A stretch of DNA of 64,000 nucleotides, from the NCBI GenBank assembly GCA_030390025.1, contig CM059425.1, positions 172,112,001 through 172,176,000 of the forward strand. The letters are read 5' to 3'. The notes under the pieces were generated by a model. That model made no database searches, had not been told where the DNA came from, and saw only the letters and a list, made by a program, of their open reading frames with translations. This document shows, piece after piece, positions 1 through 13,670 of the stretch. Source of the stretch: Squalus acanthias (lineage: Eukaryota). The number at the start of each line of letters is the position of its first letter. The first letter of the stretch is position 1. The translations under genes and the position numbers were made by a program.

Positions 1-420
1 TGTCATTGTTGATCTACCTTAGCTCCTGGTCCTCCAACGCCTCCAATTTAAAATGCTCACCCTCATGTTTACATCACTGTGGGCCTTGCCGCTCCCTATC
101 ACTGCAACCAACAACCCCCTCCACCAAACGCTCCATTCCTCTGACTCTGGCCTCTTATGCATTCCCTCCTCTATTCACCATTGGTGGTCATTTCTTCAGC
201 TGCCTCACTCGAATTCCTTCCTTAAACCCCATGGGCTCGCCACCTTGCTGTCTTTCTTTCAGACCCTCCTTAAAACCAATCCCTTTGACCAAGCTTTTGG
301 TCACCACTGCGAATATCTTTCTTTGACATGGCATCCATTTATTTGTCTTAGTACAAATCTCTTAAGCCCCTTGAGTTGTTTTTCTGTGTAAAAGGTGCTT
401 TGTCGATGCAAGTTGTTGTC
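1..420 (+). mobile_element. L2 3' fragment
   Basis: Similar to 18470-18897 (ctttgaccaagcttttggtcac; atgcaagttgttg tail). Confidence 0.75.
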
Positions 421-1199
421 TTTGTGAGTTGGTGTTGGTACAGGAATTGAACACATAACTGAGAGTACAGTGGTGAGGGAGTGATGCATTGTTGAAGGTG
501 CTGTTCAACTGAGATGTTAAATGAAGGTCCTATCTGCACGTTCTAGTGGTTCAGATCCCATGGAACCATTTGATGAGTGGGGAGTTTTTCTGATGTCTTG
601 GTAAACAGTCGTTCCTCAATCAACACCATTAAATGCAGATTAATTGGTTGTTTATCTTGCTGTTCATCAGATAGTGTGTGCCTCCTTTGGCGACATTAAA
701 TTTCCTCACTTCAAAGTAATGAATTGTATGTGAACTATTTTGAGACATTAAATGCAAGAAGATGCTATATAAATGCAATTTTTTTTATAGAAACTTGTTT
801 GCTCTGAAGTGAGGACATTTAAGTGTTTAAAACATGAAGTGTTGACCTAACATTCAGGATTAAGTGTTATCTAATTTAGTTTAGATCAGGAAATAAGCTG
901 CATTCCTTTTTGATAGTTTTTAAAGTGGATTCAGCATAATCTGTACACTTTGATATTTGGATGGGGGAGGAGATAAATGTCTGAAAATCAATGTTCCTAG
1001 TGTTTCAGCCTCTTTGTTTTGGTCAATAATACCCATGGCACCTCACCTTGCAAGTTGTTGCTATAAGTGACTATGAATATTCTGCAAATCGAGAGCAGCA
1101 GACAAAATTGCACTTGGGAATTAGATATACATGTGGCAATTTTTAGATTAAAAAAAAATATTTATAATGTCCTGTCTGACTAATCTAGTTAAATTTTTT

Positions 1200-2390
1200 G
1201 CGATCAGTACTATGGTGGATATGGATAGAGTGTCTATGCATTGTGTGTATTTGGACTGGTAGAATGCAGTTGATAAGGTTCCGCACGAGATTATTAGCAA
1301 AATTGAGAGCGCATGGAATTGGAGGTAACCTTGTGACATGGGTTGGTAATTGGGAGGGAGGAGAGTCGGAATAAAGGGCATTTACTGATTGGCGGAATGT
1401 GATAAGTGGTGTTCTTCAGAGGTCTCTACTGGGGCCTCGGCTTTTAACCATATATGTTAATGACTTGGATGAAGGAATTGAGAGTTGTATATCCAAGTTT
1501 GTAGATGACGGTAAGTTAGGAGGTACAATAAGTTGTATGGATGGGAGGAGGAAGTGAAAAAGGGTCATAGAAAGATTTAAGTGAGTGGGCAAAACAATAG
1601 CAGATGGAGTTCAAATTGGGGAAGTGTGAGGTCATCCACTTTGGATCTGAGAAAGACAAATCAAAATACTTTCCTAATTGTGAGAGACTAGAAACTGTGC
1701 AGGAGCAAAGGGATTTGGGTGTCCAGGTACATGTATCACTAAAAGCTAGTGCACAAGTACAAAAAGTAATCAAAACAGCTAATGGAATGTTGAGATTCAT
1801 CTCAAGCAGAATATAAAAGTGAGGAAGTGATGCTTCAGTTGTACAGAACTTTGATCAGACTCCATCGGGAGTACTGTGTTCAGTTTTCGGCACTGAACTT
1901 AAGGAAAGATGTATTGTCCATGTAAGGGGTACAGCGTAGATTTACCAGAATAATATCCGGGCTTAAAGTGTTAAATTATGAGGACAGGTTGCGTAAATTT
2001 GATTTGTATTCCCTTGAGTTTAGAAGGTTGCTGGATAATCTAATCGAGGTCTTGAAAATGATTAAAAGATTCCTTTGGATAGATACAGATTATTTCCTCT
2101 GGTAGGGGAATCCAGAACAAGAGGGGACAGTCTTGAAATTCGAGCTAGGCCATTTATGAGCTAAATGAGGAAGCAGTTTTTCATACGAAGGGTAGTGAAA
2201 ATCTGGAACTCGTTCCCCAAAAGGCTATGGATGCTGGGTCAATTGAAATTTCCTAGACTGAGATCAATAGATTTTTGTCAGGTAACTGTATCAAGGGATA
2301 TAGAACAAAGGTGGGTAAATGGAGTTGAGGTACAGATTGGCCATGATCTCACTGAATGGCGGAACAGGCTCGAGGGGCTGCTTATGTTCT
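1200..2390 (+). mobile_element. 5'-truncated decayed CR1 LINE
   Basis: RT C-terminal remnants (KCEVIHFG, QRDLGV) and CR1 3' end aatggcggaacaggctcgagggg. Confidence 0.88.
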
Positions 2391-4593
2391 TGGAGCAGCA
2401 GATGCTGGAGTGTTGCGTCTGTGTGACAGATTACAGAATTTGAGCTTTTGCACCCAGTGGTGTGTTAGAATTCCACTCAATATTTTCGTCTTTGCTGCTC
2501 TTTTCAATTTAATTAAATCTAAATTGTTAATTGAGATATCTGAGGAAACTGACAAAAACTGGTGATCTCAGTCAAACAGGCTTTCATAACTTCTGGTACA
2601 TAGAATATTGTTACATGTTATTGTATTGAGTAGCAGCATATTTATTCTGTTATATGTATCTAGCATTGATAGTATTTCAACAACAGTTTGCATTTATATG
2701 GCACCATTAACATAGAACTGTTCTAAGGTGCTTCAGACGGAAAAAAGGCAGGATAGCAAGACTTTGGGAGTTCAGAAATGACAGGACTTGGATGAAGAGA
2801 GGTTTTGATCAGGCCTTTTAAAGGCAGAGAAAAGCAGAGGGTTTTTAGATTGGAGTCACAGAACAGGACTGAGATGACTGAACGTTCTGCCATCACTGGT
2901 AGAATAGGGTGGGAAGAAATGCACAGAAAGCCAGCTTCAAAGGAGTAGATGGCTGTGGGAGAGTACGTAAGGCTGGAGAAGGTTGCGGACATCGAATGAT
3001 GCTGCGCCCTGAAGGGATTTGCAAAGGAGGAAGAGGATTTTAAATTTGATGCGTTGGATGTTCAATTCTTTGTGCCAATGGATGATGTCACTGAATGGTA
3101 TCATACAAATGAGGAAGAGGTGAGGGCATTGGGGCAATTCTGGAAGTGATTGTGCAGGGATGGGAGGAGAACCATGTGTGGGAGGAGTAAGGGTAGTCTT
3201 GTGTTCTTATGTTCAGGATCCCTGAAAGAGAGAAGTGGAGAAGACGATTGTGCTTGACTGTCAAATGCAGCAGTGAGGTCAAGTAAGATAAGGAGGGATA
3301 AGGCATCACATTCAATATTGTTTAACCTTGTGACTGTGAGCAGGGCACAAGCTTGACTGAAGGGATTCTGAGAGAAACAAGGAAGTGGTCAAAGATCACC
3401 TTATCAGTGGCTTTGAGACCTCTGAAATGACAAAGCATTGTGAGATAGCTTAGTTGAGGTGCAGATTATGGATATGGATGGGAGAGTTGGCGTGAAGGGT
3501 AAGGTTGAATGAAAATAGGAGGGCAGAGACGTTGGCGGAGGGTGCGTAAGTGGAGTTTAGGTGCAGTGGGTGACAAGAACTCTGCAGGAAAAATTGGGGG
3601 AGGAAGAGGAGCTGCTTGAATAGGCAAACAATTCTTTAGGATTAAGGAGAGAGGCTACGGTGGGCTCGAGTGATGAGAGCCATGGTAGTTTGGTTGGGAG
3701 CGGGGGCATATGGTATGTGAAGCTGTGTGCCATGGCTTGATTAAGGTGTAAGCAGTAGTGGCTATTTGTCAAGTTCCACTCAGTCCAGCACATCAAGTTG
3801 ATCTATCCAACATAGATTTGTGGACAGAAAAGTCTTAGCAATGGGAGGCATTCAGGACACAGTGGTTTGGTGGTTGATAAACTGGTGAGGACAGTGGATG
3901 GGGGAAAAATGGGATTTGCAAGAGGTGAGCTTAAACTCTGGGCAGTAAGCTGGGTGGGAAGTTTACCAGGAACTGGCGATGAGGCAATTGAGATTGTTGC
4001 TCTGTTGGAACCAGCAGGGGATACTGCTATAAGCAAGTTGGAGGATGCCGAGAGCAGAGAAAAGGCAAGTTGTGGTGTTCTGAATTATTAAGATAAATGC
4101 AATTCAAAAAGGAATGATCTAAACCTCTGAATTTAGTAGCTTATGACAAGTCTCTGAAGTACCAATTGAATTTAACAAATCTAGCAATTGTTCTCAATTT
4201 TCCAAGGCAACAGCAACAACAACTTGAATTTATGTAGTGTCTTCAATATAAAAGTCCTGAGGTGCTTCACAGATGGGGGGTAAGGAAAGGGTAAGGAAAG
4301 TTGATGCTGAGCCAGGAAGGAAAAGATTAGGAGGGTGACCAAAAGCTCAGTCAAAGGGGTGGATCTTAAGGTTTCTAAAGGTGGGAAGACAGATGGAGAG
4401 CTTTAGGAAGAGAGCTCTGAAGAGTTGGACCAAGGTTGCTGGAGGAGATTGCAGAGATAGGACAGGATAAAGTCATGGATGGATCTATAGATGAGAATGG
4501 GAATTTTGAAATTAATTGAGAACTGGGAGCAGATGCAGGTCAGCAATAGCAGGGGGTGATTGGTCAGCAGGACTTGGTGTGGGGCAGGATAAT

Positions 4594-5760
4594 CACATAG
4601 AATATACAGCATAGAGCCAGGCCATTTGGCCCAACTAGTCCATGCCGGCATTTATGCTCCACTCGAGCCTCCTCCCATCTTTCCTCATCTAACTTGATCA
4701 GCATAACCCTCTGTTGCCACCTTTCTCATACTCTTATACAGCATCCCCTTAAATACATCTCTACTATTTGCCTCAATCACTCCCTGTGGTAGTGAGTTCC
4801 AAATTCTCACTACTCTCTGGGGGGTGAAGTTTTTTCTGAATTCCCTATTTGATTTCTTGGTGACTATCTTCTATTGATGGCCTCTAGTTTTGCTCTTCCC
4901 TACAATTGGAAACATTCTCTGTATCGACTTTCAAAATGTTACATAATTTTAAAGACCTCTATTGGGTCACCCCTCAGCCTTCTCCCAGCCAGTTCATCCT
5001 TTCCTGCTGGTTATAACCTCGCATTTCTGGTATCATCCTTGCAACTCTTTTTTTGCACCCTCTCCAGTGCCTCAACATCCTTTTAATAATATGGTGACCA
5101 GAACTATACACAGTACTCCAAGTGTTGTCTAACCAAGGTTCGATACAAGTTTCGCATAACTTACCTGCTTTTCAATTCTCGCCCTCAAGAAATAAACCCT
5201 TGTGCTTGGTTTGCTTTTGTTATGGCCTTTTGGACCTGTGTCGCAACTTGTAGTGATTCGTGTATTTGTATTCCCAGATCCCTTTGCTCCTCTACCCCAC
5301 TTATTTTCCAAGTAATATGAGACCTCCTTATTTTTCTTAGCAAAATGTAATACCTCACACTTAGCTCTGTTGAAATTCATTTGCCAATTATATGTCCATT
5401 CTGCAAGTTTATTCATGTCTTCCTGTAATTTGTTGCAGTCCTCCTTCCTCATTGTTGACTATCCCTCCCAATTTGGTGTTATCCGCAAATTTAGAAATTG
5501 TGTTTTTAATATAAATTGTGAACAACGGTGGTCCCAGTACTGATCCCTATGGGAACCCACATCCTGTTTCTGCCACTCTGAATAGCTACCCTTTACCCCT
5601 GCTAACTGCTTTGTCTTTCAGCCAGCTAGCTATCCATTCTGCTAATTGTCCCCTGACTCTGCATGCTCTGATCATCTTCATTAATCTATTATGTGGCTTT
5701 TTGGAAATCTCGATATATTACATCTACTACATTACCCTTGTCCACTCTCTTCGTTACCTA
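4594..5760 (-). mobile_element. 5'-truncated CR1 LINE
   Basis: Minus ORF with CNKLQEDMNKLAEW...KCEVLHF; CR1 3' end at ~4594. Confidence 0.85.
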
Positions 5761-7969
5761 CTTGAGAGAATTTTGGACATGTTTGAGTTTTTTGGAAGAT
5801 GGGAGTCTTGATAGGATGAAGGCATGTAAAAGTGTTTCAGAGGCATAGGGCAGAGGCAGGCAATGTTTCAGAGATGGAAGTCAGTGATGTTGGCTGCTCA
5901 GGTTTTGTGGGGTTTGGAGGCAGAGCTGGGTAAATTCGCAATCGGAGTAGATCGCAAACAGCGTTGAAGCTGAGAATTTGATAGTAGTAATTTGGTGGAG
6001 AGGAGGAAGGCGGTTTCTCACGTCAAACTCAAAAGAAGGACCCGAGGATCTAATATTTAGGTTCTTTGTATTTTGTATCTCAGTGGTTCTTGTTCAGCTT
6101 GAGTAAATAATTTACTCTTTGGCTCGTTTGCTTTGAGGTGCGAATAGGAAAACTGCAGTGTAGTTTATACCTAGTTAACAGCAATTATATAAATCACCTC
6201 GTGTCTAAGGAGTTTATTTTAAGTTTCTAATTAGAATGGAGGGACAGCTATGACCCATAGCCTGCAATTCCTGTGCCATGTGGGAACTTGAGGATGCTTC
6301 ATATGTCCCGGAGGCCCATGTTTGCAGGAAGTGCCTCCAGCTGCTCAAACTCACGTTGAGGGTTTCTGAATATGAGAGGCAGCTGGATTCACTGCAGAGC
6401 ATATGGGTGGCTGAGTGTGTCCTGGATTGCAGGTTCCAGGATGTAGTTACCACACAGCCAGATAGAGTTTAGAATGGCAAGTGGGTAGGAAGAGGCAGGA
6501 ATCGTGTGACACACTCAAATCGATATTGACCATTGAACAGTGAGGGTAACGACACATCAAAGGAGTGCAGTCCTGAGCCTGGCACCGTGAGGCAAAGGAC
6601 TGCACAGGGGACTACATCAAAGTGTAGAAATGCAGTAGTAATTGGGGATTCGATAGTTGGGGACAGACGGGCAGTTCTGCTACCGTCGACGTGAGACCCA
6701 TATGTAATGTTGCCACCCTGGTGCGAGTGTAAGGGAGATCACAGAGGGTGCAGAACCTTCTGTGTGTGGGGGGGGGGGGGGGGCGGGAGAGGAAGATGAA
6801 GAGCCAGAAGTCATGGTCCATGTCGGAACCAATGACATGGGGAGGAAGCGGGTTGAGGTCCTGCAATCCAAGTTTAAGGAGCTGGAGAGCAAATTTAAAA
6901 GCAGGACCTCAATGGTGGTAATCTCTAGGTTACTCCCAGTGCCATGCGCTAGAGAGAGTAGAAATAGGAAGATATGGCAGGTTAATGTGTGGTTAGAGAC
7001 GTGGTGCAGGAGGGAGGGCATTGGATTCCTGGGACATCGGGACTAGTTCTGTGGCAGAAGGGACCTGTTCAAGATGGATGGGTTGCACCTGAAGAGAGCT
7101 GGGAGCAACATCCTTGTGGGCAGTTAACGAGTGCTGTGGGGTGGGTTTAAACTAATTCGCCAATGGGTTCTACATCAGGATGTAGTATAAAAAAGTAGAA
7201 ACCAGGTGCACAGAGGACTGGGAGAGACAGTTATAGTTAGAAATAATGCAGAATGCAGAATGAGGTGTATCATAGAAAATACAAAGAGATCTAAGTTAGG
7301 TTTGGAGTGCGTGTGTGTAAATGCACAAAGTGTGATTAATAAGATCGGTGAGCTGCAGGTGCAAATAGCCGCCTGGAAATATGTAGTGACGATAACTGAG
7401 ACCTGGCTCACACAAGGGGAGGATTGGATGCTTAATATTCCAGGGTATAAGTTATTCAGGAAAGATAGGGAAGGAAAAAAAGAAGGGGTAGCAGTTTTGA
7501 TTAAGGAAAATATTAGTGCTAGAAAGAGAGCATGGCCTTGAGGGATCAAAGGCAGAATCTATTTGGTTGGAGTTGAGAAACAATAAAGGAGCTATTACAC
7601 TACTTGGTGTATTTTATAGGCCACCAAATAGTGGGATGGAGGTAGAGGATCAGATTTGCAAATAAATTACTGAGAGATGCAAGAACTATAGAGTAGCGAT
7701 GATGAGAGACTCTAACTACCCTAATATTGAATGGGGCAGTGATTGTGTTAAGGGCAGAGTAGGGGTGAATTTCTGAAGTGTGTTCAGGAGAATTTTCTTG
7801 ATCGCTGTGTTTCCTGCCCAATGAGGAAGAAGGCATTGATGGATCTCGACCTTGGGGAATGAAGTGGGTCAAGTGGAGAATGTCACAGTTTGAGAGCATC
7901 TCTGGAATAGTGATCACAGTATTATAAGGTTTAGATTCGTTATGGAGAAGGGCAAGGAGCAATCTAGAA

Positions 7970-8432
7970 TAAAAGAAAGACTTGCATTGATATAGCGCCT
8001 TTCACGACCACATCTCAAAGCGCTTTACAGCCAATGAAGTACTTTTGAAGTAGAATCACTGTTGTAATGTGGGAAATGCGGCAGCAATTTGCGCACAGCA
8101 AGCTCCCACAAACAGCAATGTGAAAATGCCCAGATAATCTGTTTTTGTTATGTTGGTTGAGGGAGAAATATTGGCCAGGACACCAGGGCTAACTCCCCTG
8201 CTCTTCTTCAAAATAGTGCCATGGGATCTTTTACGTCCACCTGAGTGAGCAGACGGGGCCTCGGTTTAATGTCTCATCCGAAAGATGGCACCTCAGACAG
8301 TGCAGCACTCCCTCAGCACTGCACTGGAGTGTCAGCCTAGCTTTATGTGCTCAAGTCCTTGGAGTGGGACTTGAACCCACAACCTTGTGACTCAGGGGTG
8401 AGTGTGCTACCTGCTGAGCCACAGCTGACACT
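7970..8432 (-). mobile_element. tRNA-derived SINE (DeuSINE/SacSINE1-like) nested in CR1
   Basis: Minus-strand head gtgtcagctgTGGCTCAGCAGGtagc...GGTTCAAGTCCc (Pol III A/B boxes); L2-type tail gcgctatatcaatgcaagtctttctttt. Confidence 0.88.
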
Positions 8433-9618
8433 AAAAATACTTAACTGGAGGAGGGCTAATTAAAGCAAATTGAGGAGAGATCTTGCCTGGGTAAATTGGA
8501 GTCAAAGACTGGCAGGCAGAAATGTAAATGGAACAATGGGCAGCCTTTAAAGAGGAGATAGTTCAGGTACAGTCTAGGTACATTCCTACAAGGGGGAAAG
8601 GGTGGGCAACCAAAGCCAGAGCTCCCTGGAAGACGAAGGAGTTGGAGAGCAGGATAAAGCAGAAAATGGGGGCATATGACAGATGTCGGCTTGATAATAC
8701 AAGGGAGAATCAGGCTGAATATAAAAAGTACAGAGAAGAAGTGAAATAGGAAACGAGGGTCAAAGAGTCAGTACGAGAATAGATTGGCAGCTCACAAAAA
8801 GGGAATCCAGAGTTCCTCTATAGGCACATTAACAGTAAAAGGGTTGTCAGGAGCGGTGGGGTCGATTAGGGACCAAAATGGAGAACTATTGGTGGAGGCA
8901 GAAGGCATGGCTGAGGTACTAAATGAGTACTTTGCATGGGTGTTTACCAAGGAAGAGGACTTTGCCAAAGCTGTGGTAATCGAGAGGTTGCTGCGATACT
9001 GGATGAGAAAGAGGAGGAGAGCCAGCATGGATTTATTAAGGGCAAATCGTGTTTGACTAACTTGATTGGGTTTTTTGATGTGGTAACAGAGGGTGGATGA
9101 GGGCAGTGCAGTTGATGTTGTTCAAAAGGCATTTGATAAAGTACCACATACTAGGCTTGTTGGCAAAATTCAAGCCCATGGGATAAAAGGGGCAGCAGCA
9201 GCATGGATTCAAAATTGGCTAAGGGATAGAAAACCGAGTTAAAGTGAATGGCAGTTTTTCAGACTGGAGGGAGGTATACAGTGATGTTCCCCAGGGTTCA
9301 TTTTTCGGACCACTGCTGTTTTTGATGTACATTAATGACTTGGACTTGGGGGTGCAGAGCACAATTTCAAAATTTGCAGATGACATGAAACTTGCAAGTG
9401 TAGTAAACAGTGAGGAAGATAGTAATAGACGTGAAGAAGACATAGACAAGCTGGTGGAAGGAAGAATGAGGAGGGACCATACACACTAGATGGTACAGTT
9501 TTAAAGGGGGTGCAAGAACAGAGACCTGGGGTGCTTGTGCACAAATCTTGAAGGTGGCAGGACAGGTTAACAAAGCAGTTAATAAAGCATATGGGATCCT
9601 TGGCTTTAAAAATAGAGG

Positions 9619-9858
9619 TCATGATGCGGAGATGCCGGTGTTGGACTGGGGTGGACAAAATTGAGAGGTCGCACAACACCAGGTTATAGTCCAACAGTTT
9701 TATTTGAAATCACAAGCTTTCGGAACTATCGCTCCTTCCTCAGGTGAAGTAAATTGGATACCAAGTTACTTCACCTGAGGAAGGAGCGATAGTTCCGAAA
9801 GCTTGTGATTTCAAATAAAACTGTTGGACTATAACCTGGTGTTGTGCGACCTCTCAAT
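9619..9858. mobile_element. Non-autonomous fold-back PLE derivative (family 1): two head-to-head pLTR ends
   Basis: 14-bp TSD tttaaaaatagagg (9605-9618, 9859-9872); perfect 96-bp inverted arms 9657-9752 / 9766-9861; sequence nearly identical to the termini of the PLE at 32644-35923. Confidence 0.92.
9771..9808 (+). ncRNA. Minimal hammerhead ribozyme motif (mirror copy on - strand at 9710-9747)
   Basis: tcac CTGAGGA a GGAGC gata GTTCC GAAA GC TT gtga. Confidence 0.8.
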
Positions 9859-9913
9859 TTTAAAAATAGAGGCAGAGAGCACAAAAGCCAGGAAGTTATG
9901 CTAAACCTATATA

Positions 9914-10403
9914 CAGGAAACTCTTGTTTAACCGGCACCTAAATATCCGGAATTCTCTCTTAACCGGCAAAAATCATACTCCGAAAACTCCTCTCAAATA
10001 ACCGGCAATGTTGCCGAGTCCGAGTCTCCCGCGAACGCCGAGTTAGTCAGTGGGGGTAGTTCTCCAAAGTGCCACTACTCGGCCTCCGGGCGCTGTCGGA
10101 AGTCCGAACACTGCAGTAACAGGAGTCTGATTCTCCCGCGCTGCCGGGAGTCTCACTTACTGTTAAGTAATTAAAGAGTTATGGATTACCCTCAACTGGC
10201 AGTACTGTACTTAATCAAGCATCTTCCACCATCCATTTAACACAACATTCTGTAGGTGAGTAACCAAATACTGTATACTGCACATTTCTTGATTTTTTTA
10301 TGTTAAAAATAGCCTCGGTAGATATAACTCTCCGTTATCCGGAACTTTCGATCAACTGGCACCACGCCGGTCCCGTCGGTGACGGATACCAAAGAGTTTC
10401 CTA
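9914..10403. mobile_element. Tigger/pogo-type (Tc1-mariner) MITE nested in CR1
   Basis: TA|caggaaactcttgtttaaccggcacc ... ggtgacggataccaaagagtttccta|TA: imperfect ~26-bp TIRs and TA duplication. The CR1 (aacctata|taaaacact) rejoins across it. Confidence 0.82.
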
Positions 10404-11269
10404 TAAAACACTAGTTTGGCCACAGCTGGTGTATTGTGTTCAATTCTGGACACTGCACTATAGGAAGGATGTGAAGGCTTTGGACAGGGTACAGAAGAGA
10501 TTTACTAGAATGGTTCCAGGGTAGAGAAGCTGGGGTTGTTCTCCTTGGAGCAGAGAAGGCTAAGAGGAGATTTGATAGAGGTGTTTAAAATCATGAGGAG
10601 TTTAGATAGAGTGAATAAAGAGAAACTGTTTCCAGTGGCTGAAGAGTCAATAACGAGAGGGCACAGATTTAAGGTGATTGGCAAAAGAATCAGAGGCGAC
10701 ATGAAGAAAATCTATTTTACGCAACGAGGGGTTAGGATTTGGAAAGCACGACCGGATAGGGTGGTGGATACAGATTCAGTAGTAGCCCTCAATAGGGAAT
10801 TGGATAAATACTTGAAAGAGGAAAAAAATTGAAGTGATATAGGGAAAGAGTGGGGGAGTGGGACTAACTGGATTGCTCTTCGAGGGAGCCGGCGCAGACT
10901 CGATGGGCTGAATGGCCTTCTGTGCTGTACTATTCTATGATTCTAAAAGTTACCATAGATTAAATAAAATGCCAATTTATGCACCGTTTGGTTTGGGAGT
11001 GACCAGGAGGGTTTGGAATCGGTCATAATGGAGCAGAGTTTGTGGTGGGGGCTAAAAATGATTGTTTTGGTCTTCCTGCTTTTGAGTTGGAGGAGCTTGT
11101 CACTCATCCAAGACTTGATTGAGATAAGTGCTGAATTGATAGGGCAGGGTCTCAGCAACATGTGTGAAAGCTGACCCATGCCCACAGATGACTTCACTGA
11201 GGGTGAAATTAAAAGAGACTTGCGAGACTCCAACAAATGCAGAACAGCAATTAACAGTGTCAGTGGAAT

Positions 11270-12390
11270 GCTGAATTAAATAACTAACAAGGTGCCACAC
11301 AAGATTGGGTTGGGGGTAATATATTAGCATGGATTGAGGATTGGTTAACTGACAGAAAACAGAGTAGGAATAAACTGGTCATTTTCAGGATGGCAGGCAG
11401 TAACTAGTGGAGTACCACAAGGATCAGTGCTTCGATGAAGGGACTGAGTGTTATATATCCAAGTTTGCTGACAATACAAAGCTAGGTGGAAATCTAAGCT
11501 GTGAGGGGAACACAAAGTGTCTGCAAATGAATATAAGCAGGTTACGTAATTGGGCAAGAAGGTGGCAGGTGGAGTATAATTTGGGGAAGTGTGAAATTAT
11601 CCACTTTGGTAGGAAGAATGGAAAAACAGAATTTTTTTTTAAAAGGTGAGAGACTAATAAATGTTGATATTCAGAGGGATTTAGGTGTCCTTGTACATGA
11701 ATCACAAAGTTAACATGCAGGTACAGCAAGCAATGAAGGCAAATGGTATGTAGCATTTATTGCAAGGTGGTTGGAGGACAAGAGTAAGGAAGTTTTGCTG
11801 CAATTATGTAGGGCTTTGGTGAGACCACACCTGGAGTGCTGTGTACAGTTTTGGTCTCCTTTCCTAAGGAAGAATACACTTCGCTTGGAGGCAGTGCAGC
11901 GAACGTTCACCAGTTTGATTCCTGTGATGAGAGGGTTGTCCTATGAGAGGAGATTGTGTAGAATGGGCCTATACTCTCTGGAATTTAGAAGAATGAGAGG
12001 TGATCTCATTGAAACATATAAGATTCTGAGGGGGATTGACAGGGTAGATGCTGAGAGGCAGTTTGCACTGGCTGGAGAGTGTAGAACTCGGGATCATAGT
12101 CTCTGGATAAGGGGTCGGCCATTTAGGACTGAGTTGAGGAGAAATTTCTTCACTCAGTGGGTTGTGAATCTTTAGAATTTTCTAACTCAGAGGGCTGTGG
12201 ATGCTCAGTCGATCAGTATATTCAAGACTGAGTGATTGATAGATTTTTAGGCACTAAGGGATTCAAGGGATATGGGTATAGGGCAGGAAGGTGGAGTTGA
12301 TGTACAAGTTCATCCATGATCTTATTGAATGGCGGAGCAGGCTCGAGGGGTACATACGGCCTACTCAGGCTCCTATTTCTTGTGTTCTAA
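11270..12390 (+). mobile_element. 5'-truncated CR1 LINE
   Basis: ISKFADNTKLGG, ALVRPHLE, RRMRGDLIE, CR1 3' end. Confidence 0.9.
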
Positions 12391-13269
12391 GACAGTGGGA
12401 ATCATAAAACTGTATCAAGCATTGGATGTAATGTTGAGAAGAGCCATGAGGCTGATCCCAAATGTAAGAGATGCTGAGGAACGACTGGAGAAATTTGGGA
12501 TGCACAGACTTGTACAGAGGCACCTGAGAGCTGATCTTTTCAGAGGTACATCAAATAGTTTTTAAATTTGTTCATAGGATGTGGGCAATGCTTGCAAGGC
12601 TGCATTTATTGCCCATCCCGAGTTGCCCTTGATAATGGTTAGCCAGCATCTTAAACTGTTGCAGTTACTGTCGTCATGATGCTTCCACTATGATGTCAGG
12701 GAATTTCAAGAGTTTGACTAAGTGCCAGTGGGTGGCGGGGAGGAGAATGTTGTTCCCACGACATTGCAGCTCTTGTCCTTCTCGGTATAGAGGTTATGGG
12801 GCTGGTAGGAGCTCTCGAACTAACTAGTTAACAATATGGAAAAAGTAAATCTGGAAAATTGCTTCAAACTAAATTGCAACAGCAGGCCAAGGGTCTCTGG
12901 TTCAAACTTGTAAAAGGCAAATTTCAAGAAGTTCTTCCTTGTACAAAGAGTGATCAATACATGGAGTGGATTTCCAGATGGGATAGCAATGCCGAAAACC
13001 TAAACTAGCTTCCAGTTGGATGCTGTAAAGGGGGGACTTTAGGGTCTTTACGAAAAGATGAGCTGAATGGCCTTCCTCATCTGCAGTTATGATGCCATTT
13101 TGTGACGTGGCAAAGCCAGATCTGGAGATTGATGACTAAGCCAGTTGTGTGCCAAATACATTCAAACTTGAGGGTGTGAAGATGGGGACCATAGTAGGGA
13201 AGCAAGACAGGAAAAAATACATCCTGCAACAACATAGATTGCATATTCAAACATGGGTAAAACTAGAGA

Positions 13270-13670
13270 ATTACATAGAATTTACAGCACAGAAACAGGC
13301 CATTTGGTCTAACAGGTTTATGCTGGTATTTATGCTCTTCATCTCACCCTATCAACATATCCTTCTATTCCTTTCTCCCTTGTGTACTAGCTTCTCCTTA
13401 AATGCATCTGTTATTCACCTCAACCACTCCATGTGGTCATGTGTTCACATTCTCACTACTCTCTGAGTAAAGAAGTTTTTCCTGAATTCCTTATTAGATT
13501 TATTATTGACTATATTACATATATGAGCCCTAGTTTTGAACTCCCCACAAGTGGAAACATCTTCTCCGTCTACCCTATTTAACCCCTTCATAATTTTATA
13601 GACTTCTAATCAGTCACCTCTGTCTTCTCTTTTCGAGAAAAGATCCCCAGCCAGTTCAGTCTTTCATGAT
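13270..13670 (-). mobile_element. CR1 3' fragment
   Basis: Similar to the 4594-5000 CR1 end (acatagaatttacagcacagaaacaggcc...). Confidence 0.75.

Larger units (their letters stand above)
5930..10944 (+). mobile_element. Near full-length decayed CR1 LINE carrying three nested insertions
   Basis: ORF1 remnants (HVCRKC zinc knuckle, esterase-like VHVGTND/VVISRLLP), APE remnants (ITETWL, IPGY), RT remnants (PQGS, FADD), 3' tail ttctatgattcta at ~10932-10944. Confidence 0.9.

Noticed and set aside
6765-6783. Long G run (and C runs at ~14718, ~45634, ~59377) as functional G-quadruplexes
   Set aside because: Simple homopolymer expansions, mostly inside decayed repeats; lengths are unreliable and nothing else supports a function.
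7970-8432. tRNA gene
   Set aside because: The A/B boxes belong to a SINE head followed by a SINE body and L2-type tail; several copies occur in the window.
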